Assembly (NCBI GenBank): GCA_965140705.1
Contig: OZ223300.1
Span: 96,001 to 160,000 of the forward strand
Reading direction: 5' to 3'
Length of the DNA: 64,000 bases
Source: an uncultured Arcobacter sp.
Lineage (GTDB): Bacteria; Campylobacterota; Campylobacteria; Campylobacterales; Arcobacteraceae
Shown here: in pieces, positions 33,463-44,202 of the stretch
Position numbering within the stretch: position 1 is the first letter of the stretch
Layout: each line of letters opens with the position of its first letter
Program-made: the position numbers and the translations under genes
Notes under the pieces: generated by a model
Database searches by the model: none
The model's input: only the letters and a program-made list of their open reading frames with translations
Told to the model about the DNA's origin: nothing

Positions 33463-34095
33463 TTAAAATAGACTAAGTAAAATTGCAAAACCTAATACAA
33501 AGAGAATCACTCCTGAGATCTTCTCTATTTTATTTGAGTACTTTTGTATTAGAACTCTATTATTTTTTGAATTGATTAAATATACTATAAAAATATCCCA
33601 AAATAAAACCGCAAAAAACATCCAAAATGCATAAATTATTTGAAAATTCAAGGGTATATTATGTGTGCTTGAAATAGAAAACATAGTGAAATAAAATATT
33701 GAATTTTTTGGATTTAATATTGCTGATAAAAATCCTTTTAGAAAGTTTTTTAATAGCTCTTTTGTTTTTTTGATATTTTTATCATTTCTAAATAACTCCC
33801 TTTGTTTTGAAAATATTAAGTGATAAGATAGGTATAATAAGTATAAAGCACCTATTAGTTTAATACTTATAAAAAGTATTTGATTATTTTGAATAAGTAA
33901 AATTCCAAAAAGAGCAAATAAAATATAAAGTCCATTTGCAAAAGCAATACCAAAAGCTGTAAGAATACCTGCTGTTTTTCCATTTTTTGAAGAGCTTGAA
34001 ACTAATATAAAAAAATCAGCACCAGGACTTAGAAGTGCAATAAAGTGTGCAAGCGCTAGGGGTATAAAACCTTGTATAAAAATATCTATATTCAT
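33463..34095 (-). CDS. LysE/RhtB family exporter
   Basis: ALLSPGADF, GALYLLYL, SAILNPKN. Confidence 0.92.
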   Translation of the reverse strand: MNIDIFIQGFIPLALAHFIALLSPGADFFILVSSSSKNGKTAGILTAFGIAFANGLYILFALFGILLIQNNQILFISIKLIGALYLLYLSYHLIFSKQRELFRNDKNIKKTKELLKNFLKGFLSAILNPKNSIFYFTMFSISSTHNIPLNFQIIYAFWMFFAVLFWDIFIVYLINSKNNRVLIQKYSNKIEKISGVILFVLGFAILLSLF

Positions 34096-34135
34096 AAACT
34101 TCCTTTTTAGAAGTCTATACAAATAAAAAATATTT

Positions 34136-34945
34136 TTATTGTACGAAGTTGTCCTGATACTCTTTTGGAGTTAAAGCTACTATTTTTAAAAAGTTTCTAT
34201 GCAAATGGCTTTGGTCATAAAAGCCAGACTCTAAAGCAGTCTCTATTATGCTTATGCCTTTTTTTAGTAGTACCTTCGCATATTCAATTTTTAGATTGAT
34301 AAAATATGAATATACAGATATTCCTAACTCCTTTTTAAAAAGTTTGATAATATAAAATGTAGAAAGATTGAACTTTTTTGATAGTTCATCTAAAGATATA
34401 TTTTCACTAATATTTTTATTTAAATATTCCATAATATCTTTTACTTTTGTTTTATAACTCTCTTTTGAAGCTATTTTAAAATCACAATGATTTAAGTATA
34501 AATTTGAAATAAATTCCAATAATAAAACCTCTTTTTCCAAATAGAGTTCAGAAGAAAAAATCACTTCACATAATTTAATAAAATCTTCATACTCTTTTTT
34601 ATTTTTAAGAAATTCTTTAGAAAAAGGAACAAAAGAGTTTAAAGCTGGATTTAACTCTTTTTGCATTTTAAAAAGCCATTGTTTTTTTATATAAAGCATA
34701 TAATAACTTGTCTCTTCATCAGTGATATTATTACAAGAGTGAATTACATTTGGATTTACTATTGCTAAGCTATTTTCTGCAATTATATATTTATTGTTTT
34801 TATTTGTATATTCTCTTTTTCCACTAACTAAAGCACCTATTGATAATTCATCGTGCAAGTGCTCTTTATAGTTTAATTTGGTCTTAGAGTATCTTAGTTC
34901 AATATAAGGAATTTTCTTATCTATAAAAAATTGGGTTTTGTTCAT
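34136..34945 (-). CDS. AraC family transcriptional regulator
   Basis: Cupin N-domain (EHLHDE, HSC); C-terminal ESGFYDQSHLHRNF. Confidence 0.93.
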   Translation of the reverse strand: MNKTQFFIDKKIPYIELRYSKTKLNYKEHLHDELSIGALVSGKREYTNKNNKYIIAENSLAIVNPNVIHSCNNITDEETSYYMLYIKKQWLFKMQKELNPALNSFVPFSKEFLKNKKEYEDFIKLCEVIFSSELYLEKEVLLLEFISNLYLNHCDFKIASKESYKTKVKDIMEYLNKNISENISLDELSKKFNLSTFYIIKLFKKELGISVYSYFINLKIEYAKVLLKKGISIIETALESGFYDQSHLHRNFLKIVALTPKEYQDNFVQ

Positions 34946-34951
34946 TTTAAA

Positions 34952-35899
34952 TTATTTTATCAATCCAATCTCTTTGAAATATTTTTTTGCACCACTATGT
35001 AAGGGAGCAGATAATCCTACTAAAAAAGATTTTTTTGTAATAGGACTAAGTGCTAGATGGGCTTTTTTAAATTCATTAAAGTTTTCCATAATCTGTTTTA
35101 CTAGGGTATAAACAGCTTTATCACTCATATCAGCACTTGCAACCAATACAGCTTTTACAGCAAAAGTTGGTATGTTTTTTGGGTTACCCCTATAAATTCC
35201 ACCTGGAATATCAGTTTTTGTGAAGTATGGATGCTCTTTAACAAATTTATCAACTTTTGCTCCTGTGATAGGTACAATTTTAGTATCTGTAGAGTTTGAA
35301 GCATCTTTTATATTAGCTGTTGGATGACCAACCATATAAAAGTATCCATCAATTTTATTATCTCTTAGGGCATCTGGCATTGCTGAAGACTTTAGATTTC
35401 CAACATATGATAAATCAGAGGTTTTTATATTTAAGGCTTTAAATAGAGCTAGTGCTGTAGCTTCATTACCTGAACCTACATTTCCTATATTTATTCTTTT
35501 ACCTTTTATATCCATAATGTTATTTATATTTGCATCTCTTCTTGTAACTAAAGTAAATGATTCTGGATAAATGGCAAGAACTGATCTTAGTTTAGGAAAT
35601 TTTTCACCTTTAAATTTTCCTATACCCTTTGATGCTTGGTAAACAATATCTGATTGAACAATTGCAAAATCCAATTCACCACTTTTTATTGCTTTTACAT
35701 TAAAAACAGAACCACCTGTTGATTCAATAGAACACCTAATATTTGTTTTTTCTTTTGCTTTATTTACAAATTTACAGATTTTTCCACCAGTTGGGTAATA
35801 TGTTCCCGTTACTCCACCTGTACCTATTGTAATAAATTGTGTAGCAAATAAGAAAGTGGGTAGAGAAGCTAAAAATATCAATAATATAAACTTTTTCAT
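34952..35899 (-). CDS. TAXI family TRAP solute-binding protein
   Basis: IGTGGVTGTYYP, STGGSVFN, PLHSGAKKYF. Confidence 0.93.
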   Translation of the reverse strand: MKKFILLIFLASLPTFLFATQFITIGTGGVTGTYYPTGGKICKFVNKAKEKTNIRCSIESTGGSVFNVKAIKSGELDFAIVQSDIVYQASKGIGKFKGEKFPKLRSVLAIYPESFTLVTRRDANINNIMDIKGKRINIGNVGSGNEATALALFKALNIKTSDLSYVGNLKSSAMPDALRDNKIDGYFYMVGHPTANIKDASNSTDTKIVPITGAKVDKFVKEHPYFTKTDIPGGIYRGNPKNIPTFAVKAVLVASADMSDKAVYTLVKQIMENFNEFKKAHLALSPITKKSFLVGLSAPLHSGAKKYFKEIGLIK

Positions 35900-35967
35900 A
35901 ATGACTCTTCTGATTATTCTTTGTTTTTTATTATACACAGAAAAGCTACAAAATAGGTAAAAATGGT

Positions 35968-36816
35968 TTATTTATCTTTTTTATATATGGATATTAATAT
36001 TCCAAAAAGTATCAATATTGTAGAAATTATCAAAGTAGAAGTTATTTTTTCATTTAAAAATAGTACTCCTAAAAATATAGCAAGTGGAGGTATTAAAAGT
36101 TGTAAAACTCCAGAAGTTATAATTTTCATATTTGGAAGTAAGTAGTACCATAAAAGATAACCAATAGAAGAAGTTATTCCTCCTGATATAAATGCTAAAG
36201 TTATCCCATAGCTTGAAAGCTTTACATTATGGACAAAAAATGCAAAAAATATAATCGCGAAAAGAAGAGATTTTGTAAAGTTATCGGTTGTATTTAGTGT
36301 AGCATTTGATGATTTTTTTCCAAAGATTGTATAAAGCCCCCAAGCAACACCCGATATCATCATCAAAATAGAGTGATAAAGTGATACTTCAAAACCTTCA
36401 CTTGGATATAACAAATAAAATAATCCTATAAAAGCCAAACTTATTCCTAAAGCTTTTCTAATATCAATGCGTTCCTTTTTTATCAAGGCAGTGATTATTA
36501 TAGTAAGTTGTACCATCGCAAAAAGTATTAAAGCTCCAAGTCCTGCATCTAAATTTATGTAAGCATAGGAAAAACAAATGGCATATAAAAAAAGTAAAAA
36601 GGAAGTATGCCAGTTTTTATTTAGACTCAAATTTAGTTTTTTTTCTTTAAAAGATAAAATAATTACTAGCGTTAAAGCTCCAAAAAAAAGCCTAAAAAAT
36701 GTAAAAGAATATGGGTCAATTGAATTATTTATTAATGCAGCCCTTGCTAAAACCGAGCTTGTTGCAAAGAAAAACAGAGTAAGAGAAACAAGCAAAACAA
36801 GTTTTATATTCATCAT
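35968..36816 (-). CDS. DMT/EamA family transporter
   Basis: Ten TMs, DPYSFTFFRL, LFLNEKI. Confidence 0.9.
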   Translation of the reverse strand: MMNIKLVLLVSLTLFFFATSSVLARAALINNSIDPYSFTFFRLFFGALTLVIILSFKEKKLNLSLNKNWHTSFLLFLYAICFSYAYINLDAGLGALILFAMVQLTIIITALIKKERIDIRKALGISLAFIGLFYLLYPSEGFEVSLYHSILMMISGVAWGLYTIFGKKSSNATLNTTDNFTKSLLFAIIFFAFFVHNVKLSSYGITLAFISGGITSSIGYLLWYYLLPNMKIITSGVLQLLIPPLAIFLGVLFLNEKITSTLIISTILILFGILISIYKKDK

Positions 36817-36817
36817 T

Positions 36818-37840
36818 TTATTTAAACTCTGGATTATTTTTAAGAAATTCTTCTACTTTGTCTGTATGAGCGTAGATTTTCCCTGTTCTTCTCATATATG
36901 AGTTTACTATATGATAACCATGATTTAATGAAGCGGCAATTGACCCTCCTGTATTAAAAGCAATATCTCCTGCAACATATAAAAAAAGTATATTTGTCAT
37001 GTAGTGTTCATTGTAAATTGGTTTATTTTCACTATCTAGCTCTATTCCACAGTTTTTTAAAAAATCTACTGGACTAGTTCCTCCAATAGCATATATTATC
37101 CTATCAAACAAAGTAAAATAACCATCATCAAAATTAACTTTTATTTTACCCTTTTCATTTTCTAATGAAATAATATTTGTATTTAGTCTAAGTCTTAGTT
37201 TTTCTTGTCCATTATAGGTTCTTAAGATCTCTTCATTTTCTGGATTTAATCTTGTAAATTGTGCTTTTCTATAAACAAGTGTTACATTATTGTTTTCATC
37301 AGCTAATTCATAGGCATACTCAGCAGCACTATTTCCACCACCTACTACTAGTATTTTCTCCCCTTCACTACAGCCATCAAGGTTAAAATTTACTTTTGCT
37401 TTTATAGAGGGGGGAATTTTATATTCTGGTTTATTTGGTTTACCCATTTTACCAATTGCAACTACAACTGCTTTTGATTTGAAGCTTTGATTTCCTGTAC
37501 TAATTATAAATTCATCTTCGTTTTTTGTTATTGACTCAACTTCTGTATTAAATAAAGTATCAATTTTATCAAGGTCAAGAAGTTTGTCAAAAAAATCTAA
37601 GGTTGACTCTTTAGTTCCATCCATAAAAGGAATATTTCCTTCTATTTGGACACTTTTACCCTTCCAATCTTTATCAACTCTTTTATTTTCTTTATAGAAT
37701 TTTCTAATAGTACTTGAGTGATTATCAGCTTTATCTATAAGTATGATATTTTGGATACCATGAACTGCAGCTTCAAGTGCTGTAGCAATTCCCCCTGGTC
37801 CTCCACCAATAATAGCTATGTCATAATTATCTGTTTTCAT
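36818..37840 (-). CDS. TrxB-like FAD/NADPH oxidoreductase lacking CxxC (FqrB-like flavodoxin/ferredoxin reductase)
   Basis: GGGPGG, GGGNSA, YRK, VAGD; TIRKFYK..KRVDKDWKG resembles Campylobacter/Helicobacter FqrB. Confidence 0.75.
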   Translation of the reverse strand: MKTDNYDIAIIGGGPGGIATALEAAVHGIQNIILIDKADNHSSTIRKFYKENKRVDKDWKGKSVQIEGNIPFMDGTKESTLDFFDKLLDLDKIDTLFNTEVESITKNEDEFIISTGNQSFKSKAVVVAIGKMGKPNKPEYKIPPSIKAKVNFNLDGCSEGEKILVVGGGNSAAEYAYELADENNNVTLVYRKAQFTRLNPENEEILRTYNGQEKLRLRLNTNIISLENEKGKIKVNFDDGYFTLFDRIIYAIGGTSPVDFLKNCGIELDSENKPIYNEHYMTNILFLYVAGDIAFNTGGSIAASLNHGYHIVNSYMRRTGKIYAHTDKVEEFLKNNPEFK

Positions 37841-37978
37841 AATAAAGCTCCATAAAATAAGTTTTTCTAATAATATAATAGCATGAAATGATAGTAGTAT
37901 AACATTTGTAAGAATATTTTTGATAAAATCATGTACTTATATTATTTAAAGAAATTTTCAAATTAAAGGCAAGAAACA

Positions 37979-38356
37979 ATGAAATATGGTGAAAAAGAGA
38001 TAGTAGAATTTGATATTAACAAAGAAGAAAATTTTTGGCCAAACAAAAATGATAAAAATTATGTAATAAATATAGAATTACCAGAATTCATGGCAAAATG
38101 CCCAAGAAGTGGTTATCCTGATTTTGCAACAATATTTATACATTATACTCCAAATAAAAAAGTTATAGAACTAAAAGCTTTAAAATTATATATAAATTCA
38201 TTTATGTTTAGGGAAGTTTCCCATGAAAATGGAGCAAATGAAATTTTTGATACTTTAATGGAGAAATTGGAGCCAAAATGGTTAAAAGTTATTGCTGATT
38301 TCAAACCTCGTGGAAATGTTCATACGGTTATTGAAATAGACTCAAATAAACTATAA
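37979..38356 (+). CDS. queF: preQ0 reductase
   Basis: CPRSGYPDF, ELKALKLY, SHE, PRG. Confidence 0.96.
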   Translation: MKYGEKEIVEFDINKEENFWPNKNDKNYVINIELPEFMAKCPRSGYPDFATIFIHYTPNKKVIELKALKLYINSFMFREVSHENGANEIFDTLMEKLEPKWLKVIADFKPRGNVHTVIEIDSNKL

Positions 38357-38359
38357 GTT

Positions 38360-38968
38360 GTGACCTTGGAAAGATTAGTAACTACAGCACAAGCGGCAGA
38401 GATACTTGGTATATCTTTACAAGGAGTTCACTATAGAATAAAAAACAATCAACTAAAATCAATAAAACAATCTGGAAAAACCTATGTTTATCTTTGGGAT
38501 GATAATAGTAAAAAAGAGGGTTATTCAACTTCTCTTGAAGAAGTAGCTCAAAGAAAAGAAGAAGAAAATATCTATATCGAAAAAGTTATTGAATCAAAAG
38601 ATGAACAAATTCTTCTTTTAAAAAAGTCAGTAAAATGGTTGAGAAGACAGTACCAAGAAGAGATTGAAAGACTAGAAAAAAATCAAGATAAGATTATAAG
38701 CGTATTTGATTCAGAGATAAAACTTCTACAAAGTGCCTTTAATGAAATGCGTGCAATTTATAAACCAGAATTAAAACCTTTGAGTCCAAAGAAGAAGTTT
38801 ATATCCCTAATAGACTTTACAGCTTTAATGAAAACTTATAAAAAAACTGATAGAGAGATAAAAATTTTGATTTTAAAAGCTATTAAAAATGGGGATAAAA
38901 GATTTATTTATAATAAACAGACAAAAAAAGTTTTGATTTTAGATGAAGATTTTTCAGATTTTAAATAA
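38360..38968 (+). CDS. HTH DNA-binding protein with coiled coil
   Basis: TTAQAAEILGISLQGVHYRI HTH; coiled-coil middle. Confidence 0.75.
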   Translation: MTLERLVTTAQAAEILGISLQGVHYRIKNNQLKSIKQSGKTYVYLWDDNSKKEGYSTSLEEVAQRKEEENIYIEKVIESKDEQILLLKKSVKWLRRQYQEEIERLEKNQDKIISVFDSEIKLLQSAFNEMRAIYKPELKPLSPKKKFISLIDFTALMKTYKKTDREIKILILKAIKNGDKRFIYNKQTKKVLILDEDFSDFK

Positions 38969-38992
38969 AAGAAGAAGTGCTTAGCACTCCTC
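38967..38992 (-). terminator. Intrinsic terminator of SRP RNA (possibly bidirectional)
   Basis: Minus strand GAGGAGTGC-TAA-GCACTTCTT followed by CTTTT. Confidence 0.7.
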
Positions 38993-39087
38993 TCCAGATA
39001 CCTAAACACACCATAAAAGAAGGTGCCTTGCTATGTTCCCATCCTGGGGCGTTGTCTTCAGATATGATTGTAAAGGTCTAAAGAAGA
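38989..39087 (-). ncRNA. ffs: Signal recognition particle 4.5S RNA
   Basis: Minus strand reads AGACCTTTACAATC...GCCCCAGGATGGGAACATAGCAAGGCAC...GGTATCTGG: long hairpin with CAGG/GGAA/AGCA domain IV. Confidence 0.88.
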
Positions 39088-39225
39088 GCATAAAAAGTAC
39101 CAAATACTCTTTGTGCTTCTCTTTAAGGGAAGTAATCTTACCCTAATAAACTTAAAATTCTTATAAAGTAATAACTTGACTTTTAACTATAGAAGAGTAC
39201 AATTCTATCCTTATTTTAAAAAAAA

Positions 39226-40143
39226 GTGATAATTTTGACTAAAAATTTTAATCTCATAGGAATATTTTCCTTAATTTTTGCAATGTTTATTTGGGGTAGT
39301 TCTTTTGTTGCATTAAAAATAGCAATGCAAGATTTAGGGGAATTTACGGTTCTATTTTTTAGAATGTTCATAGCCTCTTTGTGTTTTGTTTATTTTATAA
39401 AAAGATTTTCAAAATATAGTTTTGAAAAAAGTGATATTAAATATATGATTATGTTATGTATTTTTGAACCCTCACTATATTTTGTCTTTGAAATTAAAGC
39501 TTTAACTTTTACTTCTGTGTCTCAAGCTGGAATGATTACTTCTTTGATGCCTATTATTACTGCAATGGGAGCTGGGTATTTTCTTAAAGAGCTAGTCTCT
39601 AGACAACTTTTATTTGGCTCTGTAATAGCAATGATTGGTGCTATTTGGTTAAGTGTACAAGGTAGTATAACTTTTAGTGCTCCAAATCCTATGCTTGGGA
39701 ATTTTTTAGAACTATGTGCTATGGTTTGTGGAGCAGCTTATACAATACTTGCTAGACATTTAATAGAAAAGTATCCTGCACTTTTTATAACTGCAATTCA
39801 AGCTTTTGCAGGGGCTATTTTCTTTTTTCCATTTTTTATTTATGAGTATATGACACGAGATATTGTTTTTACACAAAACTCTGTTTTATCTTTAGTTTAT
39901 TTAGGTGTTGTTGTTACTTTGGCTGGGTATGGTTTATATAATTATGCTTTGACAAAAGTAGAAGCTTCAAAGGCAGCAATGTATATAAATCTAATCCCTA
40001 TTTTTACAATGATTCTTGCCTTTATTATTTTAAAAGAAGAGTTAAGCATTGAAGAATTGATTGCTAGTGCAACGATTTTAAGTGGAGTTATAATCTCTCA
40101 AGTTTCTGTAAAAAGATTTAGAAGAAAAAGAAAAATAGCTTGA
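39226..40143 (+). CDS. DMT/EamA family transporter
   Basis: IWGSSFVA, ten TMs; start codon uncertain. Confidence 0.9.
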   Translation: MIILTKNFNLIGIFSLIFAMFIWGSSFVALKIAMQDLGEFTVLFFRMFIASLCFVYFIKRFSKYSFEKSDIKYMIMLCIFEPSLYFVFEIKALTFTSVSQAGMITSLMPIITAMGAGYFLKELVSRQLLFGSVIAMIGAIWLSVQGSITFSAPNPMLGNFLELCAMVCGAAYTILARHLIEKYPALFITAIQAFAGAIFFFPFFIYEYMTRDIVFTQNSVLSLVYLGVVVTLAGYGLYNYALTKVEASKAAMYINLIPIFTMILAFIILKEELSIEELIASATILSGVIISQVSVKRFRRKRKIA

Positions 40144-40556
40144 TTTATTTAACTCTTTTTTTCTCAAGTTTTGTTTCTGCAACATTCTTTCCTATGGTAA
40201 GTGAAGCAGTTCTTGTCTATGATATTTTACAAGGGTATAATTTAGCTCTTTTACTTTTTGTAGCGACTTTAGGTAATAGTTTAGGCTCATGTGTAAATTA
40301 TTTTCTTGGACTAAAAGGTGAAGAGTATTTAGAAAATAAAAAGTACATTCCTAGAAAGAGTATAGATAGGGCAAAAAGTTTTTTTGATAAATATGGAGGC
40401 TGGTCCTTACTTCTGTCTTGGATGCCAATAATAGGTGATCCTATTACTTTAATAGCTGGTGTTTTAAAATATAAGTTTAGATATTTTTTTGCTTTAGTTG
40501 TAATTGCAAAATTTGTAAGATATGCAGTATTAGCATATCTTACTTTACTATATTAG
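40140..40556 (+). CDS. YqaA/DedA family membrane protein
   Basis: SATFFPMVSE, GNSLGS, SWMPIIGDP. Confidence 0.9.
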   Translation: MIYLTLFFSSFVSATFFPMVSEAVLVYDILQGYNLALLLFVATLGNSLGSCVNYFLGLKGEEYLENKKYIPRKSIDRAKSFFDKYGGWSLLLSWMPIIGDPITLIAGVLKYKFRYFFALVVIAKFVRYAVLAYLTLLY

Positions 40557-41323
40557 ATTATATTTATATTATAAGCTTTGAATTGTGCAAAAATAGTATC
40601 ATTTATCTTAATTTCAAGATTTTTATAACTAGAGTTTGTAATTTTTGCATCTATTAAATTTTTTTCTCCACATCGAATACTCAAAAAAGTATTGATTCCA
40701 TCATCATTAATCTTTTCAACTACTCCTTTTAAAGAGTTTCTGGCACTATTTGAATTTACATTTTTTGTAATTACTATTGTGCTTGTCTCAATTAAAAGTT
40801 TTACAGACTTATGAAGAGTTAGTTCTCTTTTTTCTAAAAACTCTGTGCTAACTATTGTTATTAGCTTTTGTTCTGAGGCTAAGGTAATCTCTATTTCACA
40901 AGTTTCATTTTTCGACAATATATTTGTAATTCTACCTTCAAGTTTTGAGAACACAGGTTTTTCATTTTTTAGATTTATAACAAGACCATCAAAAAGATTA
41001 CTCATATTTTTTAAATAAGTTTCGTGAAGATTCATTAACTCATCGTATGCACTTATAATCTCTTTTGCATAAGTGGTTATAACTGTACCTCCACCACCAA
41101 CACCACCAGTTACTTTTGTAACTAAAGGTTCTTGTGATAGTTTGTTCATAATATCTACACTATCCCATGCTGCTTTATAGCTCATCTTCATCTGTTTTGC
41201 AGCTTTTGAAATAGAGCCATAAATTTGGATATTCTTTAGAAGTTCTACTCTTCCTTTTCCAATAAAACCTTTTGTATCTTTATTTACCCAAAAATTACCA
41301 TCTATATTAAATTTATTTTCCAT
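40553..41323 (-). CDS. modE: Molybdate-responsive regulator with TOBE domains
   Basis: GSISKAAKQMKMSYKAAW, GGVGGGGT, SARN TOBE motif. Confidence 0.9.
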   Translation of the reverse strand: MENKFNIDGNFWVNKDTKGFIGKGRVELLKNIQIYGSISKAAKQMKMSYKAAWDSVDIMNKLSQEPLVTKVTGGVGGGGTVITTYAKEIISAYDELMNLHETYLKNMSNLFDGLVINLKNEKPVFSKLEGRITNILSKNETCEIEITLASEQKLITIVSTEFLEKRELTLHKSVKLLIETSTIVITKNVNSNSARNSLKGVVEKINDDGINTFLSIRCGEKNLIDAKITNSSYKNLEIKINDTIFAQFKAYNINII

Positions 41324-41476
41324 AAATGAAATATAACCTAATGAGATATAATTGTCAACTCATTTGAGTAATCTCTATCTTTCAATAAGCTAAAAATAAT
41401 AAAAAATATACAGACTTTAATATTTTAATAGATAAAAAATAGATAAAATTGCTTATACTTCTATTTAAGGTTAATA

Positions 41477-44173
41477 ATGTTCAAAATACTTATAAGTATT
41501 TATTTGATAATTTTTTTTACAACAAATATTTTTGCATCAACCACAGATAATAATATCTCTTTAACATCTAAAGAAAAAGAGTGGGTAAAAAACAATCCTA
41601 TTATCTCAGTTGGTACTTCTTCTAATTTTCCTCCTTTTACTTATCTTGAAAATGGTACTCGAAAAGGTTTCACAATTGATATTCTTAAAAGAATTGAAAA
41701 ATTAACTGGCTTAACTTTTGACATAAAAGCAAAATCTTGGTCTGAATCATTAAGTGATTTTAAAAATGGCAAATTAGATATTTTAAGTGATATGTCTTAT
41801 AGTAAAGAAAGGGAAAATTTTACCTATTTTACAAAGGAATATTATGAAATACCTAATTTTATTTTTGGATTAAAAAATGATGAAAAATATAAAGACAATG
41901 ATAGTTTAAAAGGTAAAACCTTAGCTATTACAAAAGGAATTTTTTATATTAATGATATAAAAAATGAAGGAATAAATATATTTGAAGTTACTTCTACTTT
42001 AGATAAAACTAAAGCTGTATTAGATGGGAAAGCAGATTATTTTGTTTCTTCATATACAAAAGGATTAGAAATAATTGAGAAGAATTCTTTGACAAATTTT
42101 AAAATAATAGATGAATTTAAGAGAATTAAAAAAGAGGATTTAAGGTTTGGAATTACTAAACATAAACCTATTTTATACTCTATAATAAATAAAGCTTTAA
42201 ATGGAATATCTACTCAAGAGTTAAATTCAATAGCTAATAAATGGATTTTATTTTCTAAAGATAGCTCAAGATATAAGAGTATTAAATTTACAAATGAAGA
42301 GAATCTTTATATTAAAAGTAATCCTATTATTAAATATAGTGAAATAGATTGGATGCCTTTATCTATTATTGAAAATGGTGAAATGCACGGAATCTTAGGT
42401 GATTTTCTAAAGATTATAAGTATAAGATCAGGGCTTCATTTCCAATTTGTTCCTTCAAAGTCTTGGAAAGATGTTTTAGATAAATTCGAGAAAGAAAAAA
42501 TAGATTTAATTCCAGCTGTTACTTCAAATAAAGGAAAAGACTCATTAGGTCTGGTCTCTAAAATGTACTCAAAGTTTCCAATGGTAATAATAACTGGTTC
42601 AAAGTATTCTTACGTAAATAATTTAAATGACTTAAAAAATAAAGTAATTGCTGTACCTAAATATTATACCAGTTATAATTTTATTAAAAAAAATTATCCT
42701 AATATCAAGATATTAGAGACTTCAAATATTCAAGAAGCTTTGATTTTAGTAGAAAAAGGGAAGGCAGACGCTTTTGTCGGGCATATTGCAACTTCAATAT
42801 TTTATATTTCATTACTTCATTTGAATGATTTAAAAATCTCTGGAAGTACACTTTTCGATTTTGAACATCACTATTTAGTACAAAAGAATAATCCAATCTT
42901 ATTATCAATAATTAATAAAACAATAGATTCAATTACTCAAAAAGAGAAAAAAGATATTTATTCAAATTGGATTCAAACTACTGTTAAAGAAAAAGCTGTT
43001 GACTATAAAATTTTAATAATCATTTTATTAATAACTTTATTGATAATAATAGGATTTTTATATAGACAATATTTTTTAAAAAAATATAACAACAAACTAG
43101 AAAATTCTTATCGTAATATTCAAAGTATTATAAATTCTACTTTAGAGGCAATTATTCTTACAGAAAATAGAGTATGTATAGATGCAAATGATTCTGCTTT
43201 AAAACTTTTTAACTTAAGTAAAAAAGAGATTATTGGGTTAGATTATTTGGAGTTTGTACCTGATGAAGATAAACAAAAAGTTAAAGAGAGTTTTTTAAGT
43301 GATACTTCTGAACCTTTTGAGGTAAATATTTTAACATCAGATAAAAAAGTTATTCCTACTTTAGGAAGAGGAACAAATTTAAAATTGGATAATAAGATTA
43401 TTAGAATCTCTTCTATTATTGATTTATCAGAGGTTAAAGATAAAGAGAAACTTTTGATTGAGCAATCTAAAATGGCAGCCCTTGGTGAGATGATAGGACA
43501 TATTGCACATCAATGGAGGCAACCATTAAGTATAATTACAACAATTAGTAGTAGTTGGAGTATTTATGATCAAATAGGAAAATTCAACAAAGAAAAAGTT
43601 TTGGAAGATTCTAAACAGATAGTTTTAAATGCTAATTATCTTTCTCAAACAATTGATGATTTTAGATCTTTTATTAAAGGTGGGGAAGATACAAAAGAGT
43701 TTAATATAAAAGAGTTGATTGAAAATCTAAATAGACTTATCTCTCCCTCTTTACAAAGTGCCCAAGTAAAATATCTATTTGATAATGTTTTGGACAAAAA
43801 TGTAAAAGGAAATCAAAATGAGGTGCTTCAAGTTTTGATAAATATAATTAACAATGCAATTGATGCTTTAAAAGAAAATAAAAAAGATGGAGATAGATTG
43901 CTCTTTGTAAAAGTTACACAAGATAAAGATACTATTTGTGTAAGTATAAAAGATAATGCCAATGGAATACCTATGAAGATAATGAATAAAATATATGAAC
44001 CATATTTTACTACAAAACATGAATCCAATGGAACAGGGCTTGGTTTATATATGGCTTATTCAATTGTTAAAAAAATAGGAGGGGAAATAAGTGTTTCAAA
44101 TGTAGAATATGAATATGAAAGTAAAAAATGCAAAGGGGCAAATTTTTTAGTTTCTTTAAAGTGTGTTGGGTAA
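41477..44173 (+). CDS. Sensor histidine kinase with two periplasmic solute-binding domains and PAS
   Basis: Two SBP family 3 repeats (FPPFTY, WMPLS), TM, PAS, IAHQWRQPL, GTGLGLY. Confidence 0.92.
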   Translation: MFKILISIYLIIFFTTNIFASTTDNNISLTSKEKEWVKNNPIISVGTSSNFPPFTYLENGTRKGFTIDILKRIEKLTGLTFDIKAKSWSESLSDFKNGKLDILSDMSYSKERENFTYFTKEYYEIPNFIFGLKNDEKYKDNDSLKGKTLAITKGIFYINDIKNEGINIFEVTSTLDKTKAVLDGKADYFVSSYTKGLEIIEKNSLTNFKIIDEFKRIKKEDLRFGITKHKPILYSIINKALNGISTQELNSIANKWILFSKDSSRYKSIKFTNEENLYIKSNPIIKYSEIDWMPLSIIENGEMHGILGDFLKIISIRSGLHFQFVPSKSWKDVLDKFEKEKIDLIPAVTSNKGKDSLGLVSKMYSKFPMVIITGSKYSYVNNLNDLKNKVIAVPKYYTSYNFIKKNYPNIKILETSNIQEALILVEKGKADAFVGHIATSIFYISLLHLNDLKISGSTLFDFEHHYLVQKNNPILLSIINKTIDSITQKEKKDIYSNWIQTTVKEKAVDYKILIIILLITLLIIIGFLYRQYFLKKYNNKLENSYRNIQSIINSTLEAIILTENRVCIDANDSALKLFNLSKKEIIGLDYLEFVPDEDKQKVKESFLSDTSEPFEVNILTSDKKVIPTLGRGTNLKLDNKIIRISSIIDLSEVKDKEKLLIEQSKMAALGEMIGHIAHQWRQPLSIITTISSSWSIYDQIGKFNKEKVLEDSKQIVLNANYLSQTIDDFRSFIKGGEDTKEFNIKELIENLNRLISPSLQSAQVKYLFDNVLDKNVKGNQNEVLQVLINIINNAIDALKENKKDGDRLLFVKVTQDKDTICVSIKDNANGIPMKIMNKIYEPYFTTKHESNGTGLGLYMAYSIVKKIGGEISVSNVEYEYESKKCKGANFLVSLKCVG

Positions 44174-44200
44174 AACAAAGACCTAAAGTCTTTGTTTTAG
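44171..44200. terminator. Bidirectional hairpin terminator
   Basis: TAAAACAAAGAC-CTAAA-GTCTTTGTTTTA between convergent genes. Confidence 0.8.
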
Positions 44201-44202
44201 AT

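Noticed and set aside
37841..37978. preQ1 riboswitch before queF, or a Fur-like box at ~37887-37906
   Set aside because: No recognisable preQ1 stem-loop; the Fur-like match is weak in very AT-rich DNA
41324..41476. ModE box upstream of modE
   Set aside because: Only partial ATATA matches, lacking the CG/GAT flanks of the consensus
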